Source of the DNA: an uncultured Bacteroidales bacterium
Lineage (GTDB): Bacteria > Bacteroidota > Bacteroidia > Bacteroidales > VadinHA17
Direction of reading: 5' to 3'
DNA: 64,000 bases
Assembly (NCBI GenBank): GCA_963760915.1
Contig: CAVXEU010000005.1
Coordinates: 329,739-393,738, forward strand
The notes below the pieces were generated by a model. That model saw only the letters and a program-made list of their open reading frames with translations, ran no database searches and was not told the DNA's origin. Every line of letters begins with the position of its first letter. Within the stretch, counting starts at the first letter, position 1. Of this stretch, positions 1 to 9,833 are shown piece by piece. The translations under genes were made by a program, and so were the position numbers.

Positions 1-85
1 TTAGTGGTCGGGTAGGAATCAGGTTTTAATCAAATTCTGATAGTAATAAAATTCATAAACTCTTTCATTAATATTACGGGGAGTG

Positions 86-93
86 TATCTTTG
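86..93 (+). promoter_or_regulatory. candidate Bacteroidota -7 promoter box (TATCTTTG) for mutS
   Basis: Exact TAnnTTTG match 50 nt upstream of the mutS ATG. A weak -33-like TTTC lies 19 nt further upstream. Confidence 0.35.
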
Positions 94-142
94 TTAAGTA
101 TCATATTATTATAGTCTGTAATAAAATCCCCGGTAAACTAAA

Positions 143-2752
143 ATGTCTGATTTGCCAAAGTATGCAGAAACACCGCTGATGAAGCAATACAATGCCATCA
201 AGACCAAACACCCTGATGCAATATTGTTATTCAGAGTGGGTGATTTTTATGAGACTTTCGGAGAAGATGCAATCAGGACTTCGGATATTCTGGGGATTAC
301 ACTTACCAGAAGGGCTAACGGATCTGCAACATTTATTGAACTCGCAGGGTTCCCATACCATGCCCTTGATACCTATCTGCCCCGGCTGGTAAGGGCTGGA
401 CAAAGAGTGGCCATCTGCGAGCAGCTTGAGGATCCGAAGCTTACCAAGAAAATAGTCAGGCGTGGGATTATTGAACTGGTTACCCCCGGAGTCTCTCTGA
501 ATGAGAATGTTCTTAATCATAAAGAGAATAATTTCCTGGCAGCAGTGCATATTGACAAAAAGATTGCAGGTGTTGCTTTTCTGGATATATCCACCGGCGA
601 GTTCCTTACTTCGGAAGGTACTGTAGAATATATAGATCAGATGTTGAATAACTTTCAACCCAAAGAGGTGCTTTTTGAAAAAGGTAAGAAGGATTTGTTT
701 TTCGAATATTTTGGCCATAAATTCTATACTTTTAAGCTTGATGAATGGATCTTTACTCGCGATGCTGCAACAGACAGGTTGCTCAAACAGTTTGAAACCA
801 GTTCATTAAAGGGCTTTGGCATTCAGAATCTTACATTTGGAATTATTGCTGCCGGGGCAATATTATATTATCTTGATATTACTCAGCACGAACAGCTAGG
901 ACACATTACAAGCCTCTCAAGGCTTGAGGAGAACAGATATGTATGGCTAGATAAGTTCACTATTAAAAACCTTGAGCTATTCCATTCTCCATATGAAGGT
1001 GCCAGAACACTTATTGATGTAATGGACAACACTATATCCCCAATGGGAGGAAGACTGCTTAAGAGATGGATATCTCTGCCTCTGAAAGATATTCAGCCTG
1101 TAAATGAAAGACTCGATATTGTTCAGTATTTTGTTGAGAACAATGAATTCAGGGAAAATTTAGCTGTTCATCTGCACCAGGTTGGTGACCTTGAAAGACT
1201 GATCTCGAAAGTTGCTGTAAGCAGGATAAATCCAAGGGAGGTGGTTCAGCTTAAGAGAGCCCTGAAGGCAATAGAGCCGATTAGAGAACTCTGTAACGGC
1301 AGTGGCTGTCAACCCCTGATGGAGCTTGCCGAGCAGCTGAATCCCTGTAAATCAATCGCTGATAAGATTGAGAGGGAGATAAATAATGATCCCCCCATTC
1401 AAATGCACAGGGGTAATACAATTTCAAAAGGTGTGTCAGAAGAACTTGATCAACTAAGGACAATTCTTTACAGCGGTAAAGATTATCTTACTGAATTGCA
1501 GAAGCGTGAAAGTGAACGCACCGGAATTACATCACTCAAAGTAAGTTTTAATAATGTTTTTGGTTACTATATTGAGGTAAGAAATACACATAAGGATAAA
1601 GTCCCTCCTGAGTGGATTAGGAAACAAACACTTGTAGGAGCAGAACGATATATTACCGAAGAGTTAAAAGAATACGAGAGCAAAATTCTTGGGGCTGAAG
1701 ATAAGATCATTACCCTTGAGACAAAACTTTTTACAGATCTCGTACTTGCAATTCTGGAATTTATTACCCCCATTCAACTAAATTCTTCACTGATAGCAAA
1801 GCTCGATTGTCTCAGGTCTTTCGCTGTTTTGTCAGTTGAGAATAATTATGTGAGGCCATTGCTGAACGATTCCCATAAACTCAATTTGACCGAAGGACGC
1901 CATCCTGTTATAGAAAAACAGTTGCCTGATGGCGAAGCATACGTCCCGAATGACATTGTCCTTGATACAGACGATCAACAGATAATTATTCTGACAGGTC
2001 CGAATATGTCAGGAAAATCTGCCCTTTTACGGCAGACAGCTCTTATAGTTCTTATGGCACAGACCGGTTGTTTTGTTCCGGCAAAGGCAGCTGAAATAGG
2101 CATGGTAGATAAAATCTTTACAAGAGTAGGGGCATCGGATAATATAAGTCTCGGGGAATCAACATTTATGGTTGAAATGAATGAGACTGCAAGCATACTG
2201 AATAATCTGTCGGACCGGAGCCTGATATTGCTTGATGAAATTGGAAGGGGGACAAGTACATATGACGGGATCTCGATTGCCTGGGCCATGGTTGAATTTT
2301 TACATGAGAATAAACTGAGAGCGAAGACGATGTTTGCGACTCATTATCATGAACTTAATGAGATGGAATCATCTTTTTCACGGGTAAAGAACTACAATGT
2401 ATCGATTAAGGAACTTAATAATAAGGTGATTTTTCTGCGAAAGCTAAAAAGAGGAGGAAGTGAACATAGCTTCGGGATCCATGTTGCAAGAATGGCAGGA
2501 ATGCCAAGAAGCGTGGTTAACCGTGCTGATGAAATACTAAAGGAACTTGAACAAAGCAATGAGAAACAAGCTTTTACTAAACCTTTTAGTGACATCGCAG
2601 GACACAGGGAGGGGATACAACTGAGCATTTTTCAGTTAGATGATCCGGTGCTGAAACAGATACGCGATGAAATACTGGAAATTGATATTGATAATCTGAC
2701 TCCAATGGAAGCTCTAAATAAGCTGTATAATATCAAAAAGTATCTGAAATAG
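143..2752 (+). CDS. mutS: DNA mismatch repair protein MutS
   Basis: 869-aa ORF with N-terminal mismatch-binding motif [13 protein letters not shown], Walker [32 protein letters not shown] and ATHYHEL. Confidence 0.97.
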   Translation: MSDLPKYAETPLMKQYNAIKTKHPDAILLFRVGDFYETFGEDAIRTSDILGITLTRRANGSATFIELAGFPYHALDTYLPRLVRAGQRVAICEQLEDPKLTKKIVRRGIIELVTPGVSLNENVLNHKENNFLAAVHIDKKIAGVAFLDISTGEFLTSEGTVEYIDQMLNNFQPKEVLFEKGKKDLFFEYFGHKFYTFKLDEWIFTRDAATDRLLKQFETSSLKGFGIQNLTFGIIAAGAILYYLDITQHEQLGHITSLSRLEENRYVWLDKFTIKNLELFHSPYEGARTLIDVMDNTISPMGGRLLKRWISLPLKDIQPVNERLDIVQYFVENNEFRENLAVHLHQVGDLERLISKVAVSRINPREVVQLKRALKAIEPIRELCNGSGCQPLMELAEQLNPCKSIADKIEREINNDPPIQMHRGNTISKGVSEELDQLRTILYSGKDYLTELQKRESERTGITSLKVSFNNVFGYYIEVRNTHKDKVPPEWIRKQTLVGAERYITEELKEYESKILGAEDKIITLETKLFTDLVLAILEFITPIQLNSSLIAKLDCLRSFAVLSVENNYVRPLLNDSHKLNLTEGRHPVIEKQLPDGEAYVPNDIVLDTDDQQIIILTGPNMSGKSALLRQTALIVLMAQTGCFVPAKAAEIGMVDKIFTRVGASDNISLGESTFMVEMNETASILNNLSDRSLILLDEIGRGTSTYDGISIAWAMVEFLHENKLRAKTMFATHYHELNEMESSFSRVKNYNVSIKELNNKVIFLRKLKRGGSEHSFGIHVARMAGMPRSVVNRADEILKELEQSNEKQAFTKPFSDIAGHREGIQLSIFQLDDPVLKQIRDEILEIDIDNLTPMEALNKLYNIKKYLK

Positions 2753-3141
2753 TTGCATTGTGAATGATACATTGAATTTCAGCATAATCTGATTGCTCTG
2801 CAGTTTTCCTGATCCATAGTGATCACGTATGAAAAGAAAGGTTTATATATTTAGGCCGTAGTAAAAATCAGATTGAATTCTTTTGACCTTTATGCTCATA
2901 ATTATAATTTTCATGAAAAGTTATAAAACGGAGGATAAAATACCTGATACTGAAACGTTACCTTCAGAAAATTTGAAGGTCAGATGTGTACACAACGAAT
3001 TGAGAGCTGACATCACTACATGATAATACAAAATATTGTCTGCAGGGATTAAGAATCAGCCACCCTCAATAACAATAATTCAGCTTATTGAATAGTTATA
3101 ATCATATAGAAACCTTTTCTTTTTATTACTTTGTTTATGAG

Positions 3142-3173
3142 AAGAGCTCGAATTAAAGCGAGCTCTTTTTTTT
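3142..3173 (+). terminator. rho-independent terminator, orphan (about 390 nt downstream of the mutS stop)
   Basis: Perfect 9-bp stem AAGAGCTCG / CGAGCTCTT with an 8-nt loop, followed by a T-run (TTTTTTTT). Confidence 0.6.
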
Positions 3174-3269
3174 AATTTTAATCTTGACAAAAGAATCTAA
3201 GGCTAAAAAGATCCAGTTATCAATAACTACATTACTTTAGTATAAAAATTGGTCAAATCATAAGAATTT

Positions 3270-5079
3270 ATGATCACTGAATACCGGAAACTTAAACTCA
3301 TTTCCTTTTATTTATTTGTTTTTTCTGTATTTGTAACTACGGTCCTTGGGCAGAAGACAAATCTTGATTCAATAAATTATTCAAATAAGGGAAATTACAT
3401 TAAGCAGGATACGGCACTTGAATTAAGAAACAGGTATATTTTATCAGTTCAACAGCCGGATACGAATTTTACTTATGAAAAATATGCCGCATTTCTTACT
3501 AAAATAAGCGATACAAGCAAGTATGTTGTTCTCCCTTTAAACGAATTCAGGACAATTATTAATAACAAAAAGATTGTTATTGGGCTCAGACATGATGTTG
3601 ATAATGACCTGAATTTAGCACTACGGTTTTCGGAAAGTGAATCCAGGCTTGGATTTCGTTCAACCTACTTCATATTACATACGGCACCTTATTACCTGGT
3701 AAATCCTGATATTAAAACGGTCCATACGGACAGCATTATTCCTGTATTAAAGTTTATGCAGGATGAAAAACACTTTGAAATAGGCTTTCACAATGATCTC
3801 GTTACACTGCAGGCAGTTTATAATATTGATCCTGTCAATTTTCTGCATAAAGAACTATCATGGCTCAGATCAAATGGTATTAATATTTACGGAACTGCAT
3901 CTCATGGATCAAATTATTGTTACATATATTACTACCTTAATTATTATTTTTTTGTTGAATGTACATACCCCGTTGTTGGTCAGTTTGTTAATAATCTGAC
4001 TCTTCCGATAGGAGGGGCAATGATACCTATGAAGAAAGGAACATTCAGCGATTTTGATCTCAGATATGAGGCATATTTTCTGAATAATAACAAAGCATTC
4101 TCCGATGCCACTATTATCAACGGGATCCGCTGGGATATCGGAATGCTTGATCTTGATGACCTTCATCCCGGTGACCGGGTAATAATACTTACTCATCCCA
4201 TTCACTGGCATAAAGCTTCAACCATTGCAAATTTCGAATCATTCAGAATATCAGGACAAAAATCATCATCAATAAATGAAAGCAGATCAGCTATTTCAGT
4301 GGAGATGCCCTATGGAACCAACTTAAATTCACTGGTGGCAACATATTCATTGTCTCCAGGCGCTTATGCAAAAGTCTCTAATAAACAGCAGGTTAACGGA
4401 AGTACTTTAAACAATTTTTCAGAACCGGTGGTATATGAAGTTTATGCAGAAAACCGAGATATCAAAAGAGAATGGACAGTAAATGTTTCCCTTACAAAAA
4501 ATTCTGACAGTGACTTTGAATCATTTGAGGTACCGGGAGTAACCAAAACAGTAAATATCAACAAGACTAAAAAGACTATTTTTGTTGAGTTGGCAGAAGG
4601 TACCGATCTGACACGCCTATCTGTCCGGTTCGAGTTATCTCAGGGTGCAAGTGCGTGGATAGGAGAGGAAGAGCAATACAGTAATACAGGCTTTGTTGAC
4701 TTTTCACATAGTGTAGAATATACAGTTGTGGCAGAAGACGGCTTTTCTTCAAGTACCTGGATCGTCAGTATTCTTTGTAAAATAATGGATGTTGACGGAC
4801 CTTCAACTGCTGACACCAGGCCTTACGGTATATCCTAACCCTACTGACGGAATAATCCATTTGAAGTTCAGAGACATACAAACTAATCCCGTTAGGTTTG
4901 ACATCTTTAATAGCAAGGGTGAAAAGGTATATTCTGATCTTACAGAAAAAACCGGAACATTTACTATCGAGGCTGACCTCTCAGGTTTTCCTCCAGGTGC
5001 ATATATTGTAAGATACTCTCAATCAGAAAAACCGGTAATTGTCATAATTAATGAAGTCATTGTATTCTTCAAATCTTGA
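3270..5079 (+). pseudogene. secreted deacetylase-like protein with two beta-sandwich modules and a T9SS C-terminal sorting domain, frameshifted before the sorting domain
   Basis: ORF 3270..4838 has a signal peptide, an ArnD-like LRHDVDND motif and two ~85-aa modules. It ends just as overlapping ORF 4789..5079 in another frame encodes a T9SS tail (LTVYPNPTDGIIHLKF...). The span is 1810 nt (1 mod 3), so removing one base between 4783 and 4838 gives a 602-aa ORF. Confidence 0.7.
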
Positions 5080-5529
5080 ATCGGTTTTTTCACAATTATC
5101 ATTATAAATTACCTGATAAAGGGTTGCAGAAATGCGGCTTAATAATAACATGTATTATCAGGGATAATGAAACAGCCTGGCTAGTTCCAGTTTCCTGAAT
5201 GTTATTATGATAAGTTGGTCACCGGGGTGTATAAGGATAAACTCAGAGCGATTCCTATAATGGAACAATATAGCCAGAGTAATTGTTTATAAGGCAGTGA
5301 TTAGCACTATTGTTCTGCAAAATCTCATATATTTGGGAAGTGTTGAAATTTATTGCGATCATAAGTGAATGATATATAAATTATTATAAAAATATTGAAC
5401 TGGATATGGTCCTTGTGAGGATGATGATATGCCATATTCCTGAAATAGCCTGAATTCTGACATGTTTTTGATTTGATGACCATTTCCTCAGCCTGATATA
5501 CAAAAAGAGAGCAAAAACTATTCATTTAA

Positions 5530-6756
5530 ATGACAAACTATATAATACTGGCTCTTTGTATAATAGTAATTTTGTCCTATATATTTGATATTACCAGCAA
5601 ATATTCAAAAATACCAGGGGTAATTCTGCTTATTTTACTCGGGATCGGGATACAACTTATTGGAAAAGAGACAAAGCTTGAGATTCCAAACCTGCAACCT
5701 GTCCTTCCCGTTGTGGGAACTCTTGGACTTATACTTATCATTATGGAAGCCAGTCTTGACCTGAAACTTGAGATGAGAAAGAAAATTCTGATTGGCAATT
5801 CAATATCTTCGGCATTGGTGCTATTTGTTGCATTTATTGCAGCTTTTACATATATTCTGGTAGCATTTTATGATTTTTCTATCAGGGATTCCCTTCTTAA
5901 CAGTATACCTCTCGGGATAATAAGCAGTTCTGTCGCAATCCCCTCCTCTGTGTTTCTGCATTCTGACGAAAAAGAGTTCATAATCTATGAAAGTTCATTT
6001 TCAGATATTTTTGGCATAATAGTTTTTGATTTTGTATTGATCAACAATGATTCCATTCTTAGGGGAATATTCAATTTTGGCGTCATCAGTATAATTACAC
6101 TTGTTATTGCGATTGTTACATCATCGGTACTTGCATTTCTTCTTCACAAAATAAGGTATCATGTTAGTTATGTAATTATAATGGCATCTGTTATACTGGT
6201 TTATGTGCTGGCAAAAATGTCACACCTTCCTGCCTTATTGCTTGTATTGACTTTTGGACTTGTGTTGTCAAATAACCAGATACTGGAACATACAGTAGCC
6301 AAAAAGTTTTTTGATTTCAAAAAATTCCGGAATGACCTGGAGTCATTCAAGAAAATTCTGATTGAACTTACATTTCTGATAAGATCATTTTTTTTTATAA
6401 TGTTTGGCTATTATACCAAAATTGAAGGTTTGCTCGATTATCATAATATTGTTGCTGGAATAATTATTACAGCTGGCATTTTCTTATTGCGGTTTATATA
6501 TCTAAAGTTTATCCTTAGGGTGCCAATAGTCCCATTACTCTTTTTTTCCCCTCGCGGACTGATAACGATTCTGCTCTTTTTAAGCATTCCCTTCTCTTCG
6601 CGGATTTCCCTGATAAGTGAAGGGGTGATTACGCTTGTCATTTTACTTACTATTTTTGTTCTGATGGTGGGTAATATTTTTTACAAAAAGGAACACACTG
6701 CTGATGAAATACTGGGCCCGGGCAAGAACAGACCTGTATTCCCGGTAAATATTTAG
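5530..6756 (+). CDS. cation:proton antiporter (Na+/H+ exchanger family, NhaP/CPA1-like)
   Basis: 408-aa polytopic membrane protein with 10 or more hydrophobic segments and a typical N-terminus (ILALCIIVILSYIFDITSKYSKIPGVILLILLGIGIQ). Confidence 0.8.
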   Translation: MTNYIILALCIIVILSYIFDITSKYSKIPGVILLILLGIGIQLIGKETKLEIPNLQPVLPVVGTLGLILIIMEASLDLKLEMRKKILIGNSISSALVLFVAFIAAFTYILVAFYDFSIRDSLLNSIPLGIISSSVAIPSSVFLHSDEKEFIIYESSFSDIFGIIVFDFVLINNDSILRGIFNFGVISIITLVIAIVTSSVLAFLLHKIRYHVSYVIIMASVILVYVLAKMSHLPALLLVLTFGLVLSNNQILEHTVAKKFFDFKKFRNDLESFKKILIELTFLIRSFFFIMFGYYTKIEGLLDYHNIVAGIIITAGIFLLRFIYLKFILRVPIVPLLFFSPRGLITILLFLSIPFSSRISLISEGVITLVILLTIFVLMVGNIFYKKEHTADEILGPGKNRPVFPVNI

Positions 6757-6961
6757 CTTTGGTCATGGCCTAATATTAATCCGGTTTTGAATATATTGAT
6801 TAGCTTTCCTTTCAATCGCCATACCAGGCAAAGGAGTAACAAATCTTCTGGTTTCTGTATGTAAACGATTTAAATGACCTGTCACTTAACATAACTTGTC
6901 TTCTGGTGATTATTGGTAAGATATTTTCAAAATTACATAAAAACTGAGTCAGAAAGATATA

Positions 6962-7378
6962 TCAGAAATATTTTCTGAATTTATCACCTATTTTGAAAAA
7001 GGTATATCTGCCAGCATCTTCCCCGGTTGCACGTACAGATTCTCCATCTGTCTCGAATGTGCTGTGTTCTCCAACTATCTGGGAAAAATATACGTCATTT
7101 CTTTTCCCGGACTCATCATGGAGAATAACATGGGCCAGGTTTTTGTGAATTTCTGAAACAAGTGGAGCATTGCATAATGGGCAATAATACTCAAGGTACT
7201 CACCTGTCTTTATTTCAAAGGAAGGATGTTTGAGACTGGAATAATTACCTATTTGAGGGCTGAGAAGCAGAAGTGCAGATTGCTTTCTGCTGTTTTTAAC
7301 TTTAAAGATGATATGATCACCAACCTGGATGTGCTCAAAACACTTCGGACATAAAAAACCATTCATATTCACCTCCAT
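6962..7378 (-). CDS. hypothetical zinc-ribbon protein (two CxxC pairs)
   Basis: 138-aa ORF with CPKC near the N-terminus and CPLC about 55 residues later. It has its own -7 box 21 nt upstream. No family recognised. Confidence 0.55.
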   Translation of the reverse strand: MEVNMNGFLCPKCFEHIQVGDHIIFKVKNSRKQSALLLLSPQIGNYSSLKHPSFEIKTGEYLEYYCPLCNAPLVSEIHKNLAHVILHDESGKRNDVYFSQIVGEHSTFETDGESVRATGEDAGRYTFFKIGDKFRKYF

Positions 7379-7398
7379 TGTTTAGTATTTTATATAAA

Positions 7399-7406
7399 CA
7401 AAATTA
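7399..7406 (-). promoter_or_regulatory. candidate -7 promoter box (TAATTTTG) for the zinc-ribbon gene
   Basis: Exact TAnnTTTG on the minus strand, 21 nt upstream of the ATG at 7378. Confidence 0.35.
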
Positions 7407-7477
7407 AAACAGGTTTTGTTGAAATATACTGAGATGTTATCAGTACGGCCAGCAATTCTTATCCCCTGTATACTTTG

Positions 7478-9374
7478 TTATCCAAGCAGACTCCTGGTAT
7501 TCTCGAGTGCGGAATCTGTTCCAAAGATATTAAGTACATCGCCGGTCTTAAGATATGTTTCTCCATGAGGTATAAAGAGGTTGGTACCCCGCTTCACCAT
7601 AATAAGAATAGCATCTTTGTGAAACGGAATTTCACGTACCTTTCTCCCATCCATATCGTAATTTAAAATATGTATCTCCTCTACCCTGAAGTTATCAAAT
7701 GATTCGACCAGAGTATGATAAGTGGTCGGGCTAACGATCAGTGTTTCTATTGTTGTGGCCATTACTCTCCTTACATCGATTGTCTCAACATCAAGTCTTT
7801 TAAGTTGCTGCTCAATACCTCTTTTATTGGCCATTGAAATAATTTTCTCATGACCGAACTCTTTTCTTAACATCTCGCATATAAGGATATTTAAATCGTC
7901 TGAACCGGTTTCTACAACTACATAGTTAGATTCAGCCAGTTTCAGGATTTCATACGTTGACCTATCTAGTCCATCAGAAAGTAATGCTATCAATCCTTTG
8001 GAACACAGGTCTTTATATCTGTTTTTATTGTTTTCAACAATGATAGACGCCTTTCCATGGATATTCAGTCTCCTTGCAACCAGAACACCCTTGCTGCTTC
8101 CACCCACTATAATAGTTCGGTCAACAGGTTGCTTGTCCTGACGGTTTATGGAGTTATATAATAACGGACCCAGAAAACAGGTTGAAACAGCCATTATTAT
8201 AAAACTGGCGTTGATCCCGGGAGTAATAACTCCCAGTTCTAGTCCGATAGCAGAGGCAGCAATTATAAGGCTCAGGCGGGAAGATAGTAAAAAGCCTGCT
8301 GAAAAGGCTTTTCTGGATCCGAATCGCCTGATTAATAAAAGAGACGGGATAAATTTGACAAAAATCAATATTGCAAACAATATTATTAGAAAAGGAATAA
8401 GGGTCACTTCAAATTCCTTCAGTGCGGAGGGATCAAATTTCACCCCGACCATTATAAAAAAAATGGGTATAAAGAACCCATAACCCATTCCATCCAGTTT
8501 TACGAGCAGAATTGATCTTTCCTTATGAAGAAACAACGAAAGTAGTATCCCGCTAAGGAATGCTCCAAGCAAAATAACCTCAGGACTTATATACTGGCTT
8601 AAAACAACAAATATCAATAATAGCAGCATTGTCCCTCTGATACTGATTTGCGATGCTGCATGCGATAACTGGAATGTTATTTTTTTCAAGAGTGACCAAT
8701 CTCTGAAACGGCTTCCCATCCAGTACGACAGATAAAAGAAAGCAAACAGGAAAAGGACAAATAAGATCTCAATTCTGAAAGCCGTTTTTTAAGATATAGG
8801 CCGTGAATGTAAACAGAATTATACTAAGGATGTCTGCAACAGCTGCAGCGATAATGATTACCTGACCGAATGCTCCTGTTGCTTCACCCCGTGTCTTCAG
8901 AACGGGTAGAATAATGCCTACCGATGTTGTAACCATTATAAGTGAGAAATACCAGGAATTTTTAATATCGACCAGGGATGAGAGAGCTTTTGCTGCACCA
9001 TAAGAAAGTACTAATGTAATACAGAAAAAGACAACTGCTATGATCAGTGGGTTTTTAAGAATTCTGGCAAAATTAATTCGTTTTCCGGGAAAAGAGTACT
9101 TGACCTGATCCATATCTATCTCCAGCCCGCCCAGGAACATGAGAAAGATAAACCCTGTTAACCCCAGAAACTCCAATATATTAATATTCTCGGGACTGAT
9201 GCCATTCAGAAGAAATTTTCCTGCCAGATAACCAAAGAAAATCTCAAGAATTACTGAAGGTATTTTTTTGATTCTGAGAATAGATAAGGACATGGGAATA
9301 ATCCATGCGAGACCTACCACAATCAGAAGAGGCAGGTAGTCAAAATGTAAAGAAATATTCAGGAGAGTCACCAT
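7478..9374 (-). pseudogene. Kef-type cation:proton antiporter with C-terminal RCK (TrkA-N/TrkA-C) domains, split by a frameshift at an A6 run
   Basis: ORF 8769..9374 holds the N-terminal transmembrane half. ORF 7478..8719 holds further transmembrane segments plus the Rossmann-like IIVGGSSKGVLVARRL motif and a TrkA-C-like end. The second frame stays open upstream to 8788. The span is 1897 nt (1 mod 3). Deleting one A from the coding-strand A6 run (plus-strand T6 at 8785..8790) gives a continuous 631-aa ORF (...FTAYILKTAFRIEILFVLF...). Confidence 0.75.
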
Positions 9375-9833
9375 AAAGTCAGGTTAGGTTTCACTCAACT
9401 GCAATATAGCATTTATTTTTGACCAGTATATCTATGCAAAACTGTCCCTTGATTACAACTAGTAAAAAAATTTCCAAAGTATATTGACCGGCACCGAAAC
9501 CCGCCTGCTGGTCTGCAGACCATTCTAATATCGTCGTTCACAGAATTTTAACATTCCATATTAACTGTTTTTAATGCGCTTGTAAAGAACCGGAACATCA
9601 ATTTTATTTATAAATGTAATACCCCGGTTCATAAGAAGCAATTCTAAAAGTTTATTTCATTTTGAAGCTGGAGAGGTAGAGTATTAGCATTCAGTATTAT
9701 ATGAAATTTATGGGATCCTTGTCAATAAATTAATCACAGATATTTGATTTGTAGTGTAACAATAACGTGCATTGGACGTTTAAAAAGCAGTGTTAGTCAA
9801 TGAAAAAGTCATGTTCGTCAAATATCTGTTGTT

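Noticed and set aside
192-2628. Short ORFs on both strands overlapping mutS
   Set aside because: They are nested in a confidently identified 869-aa gene, have low-complexity translations, and have no independent start context.
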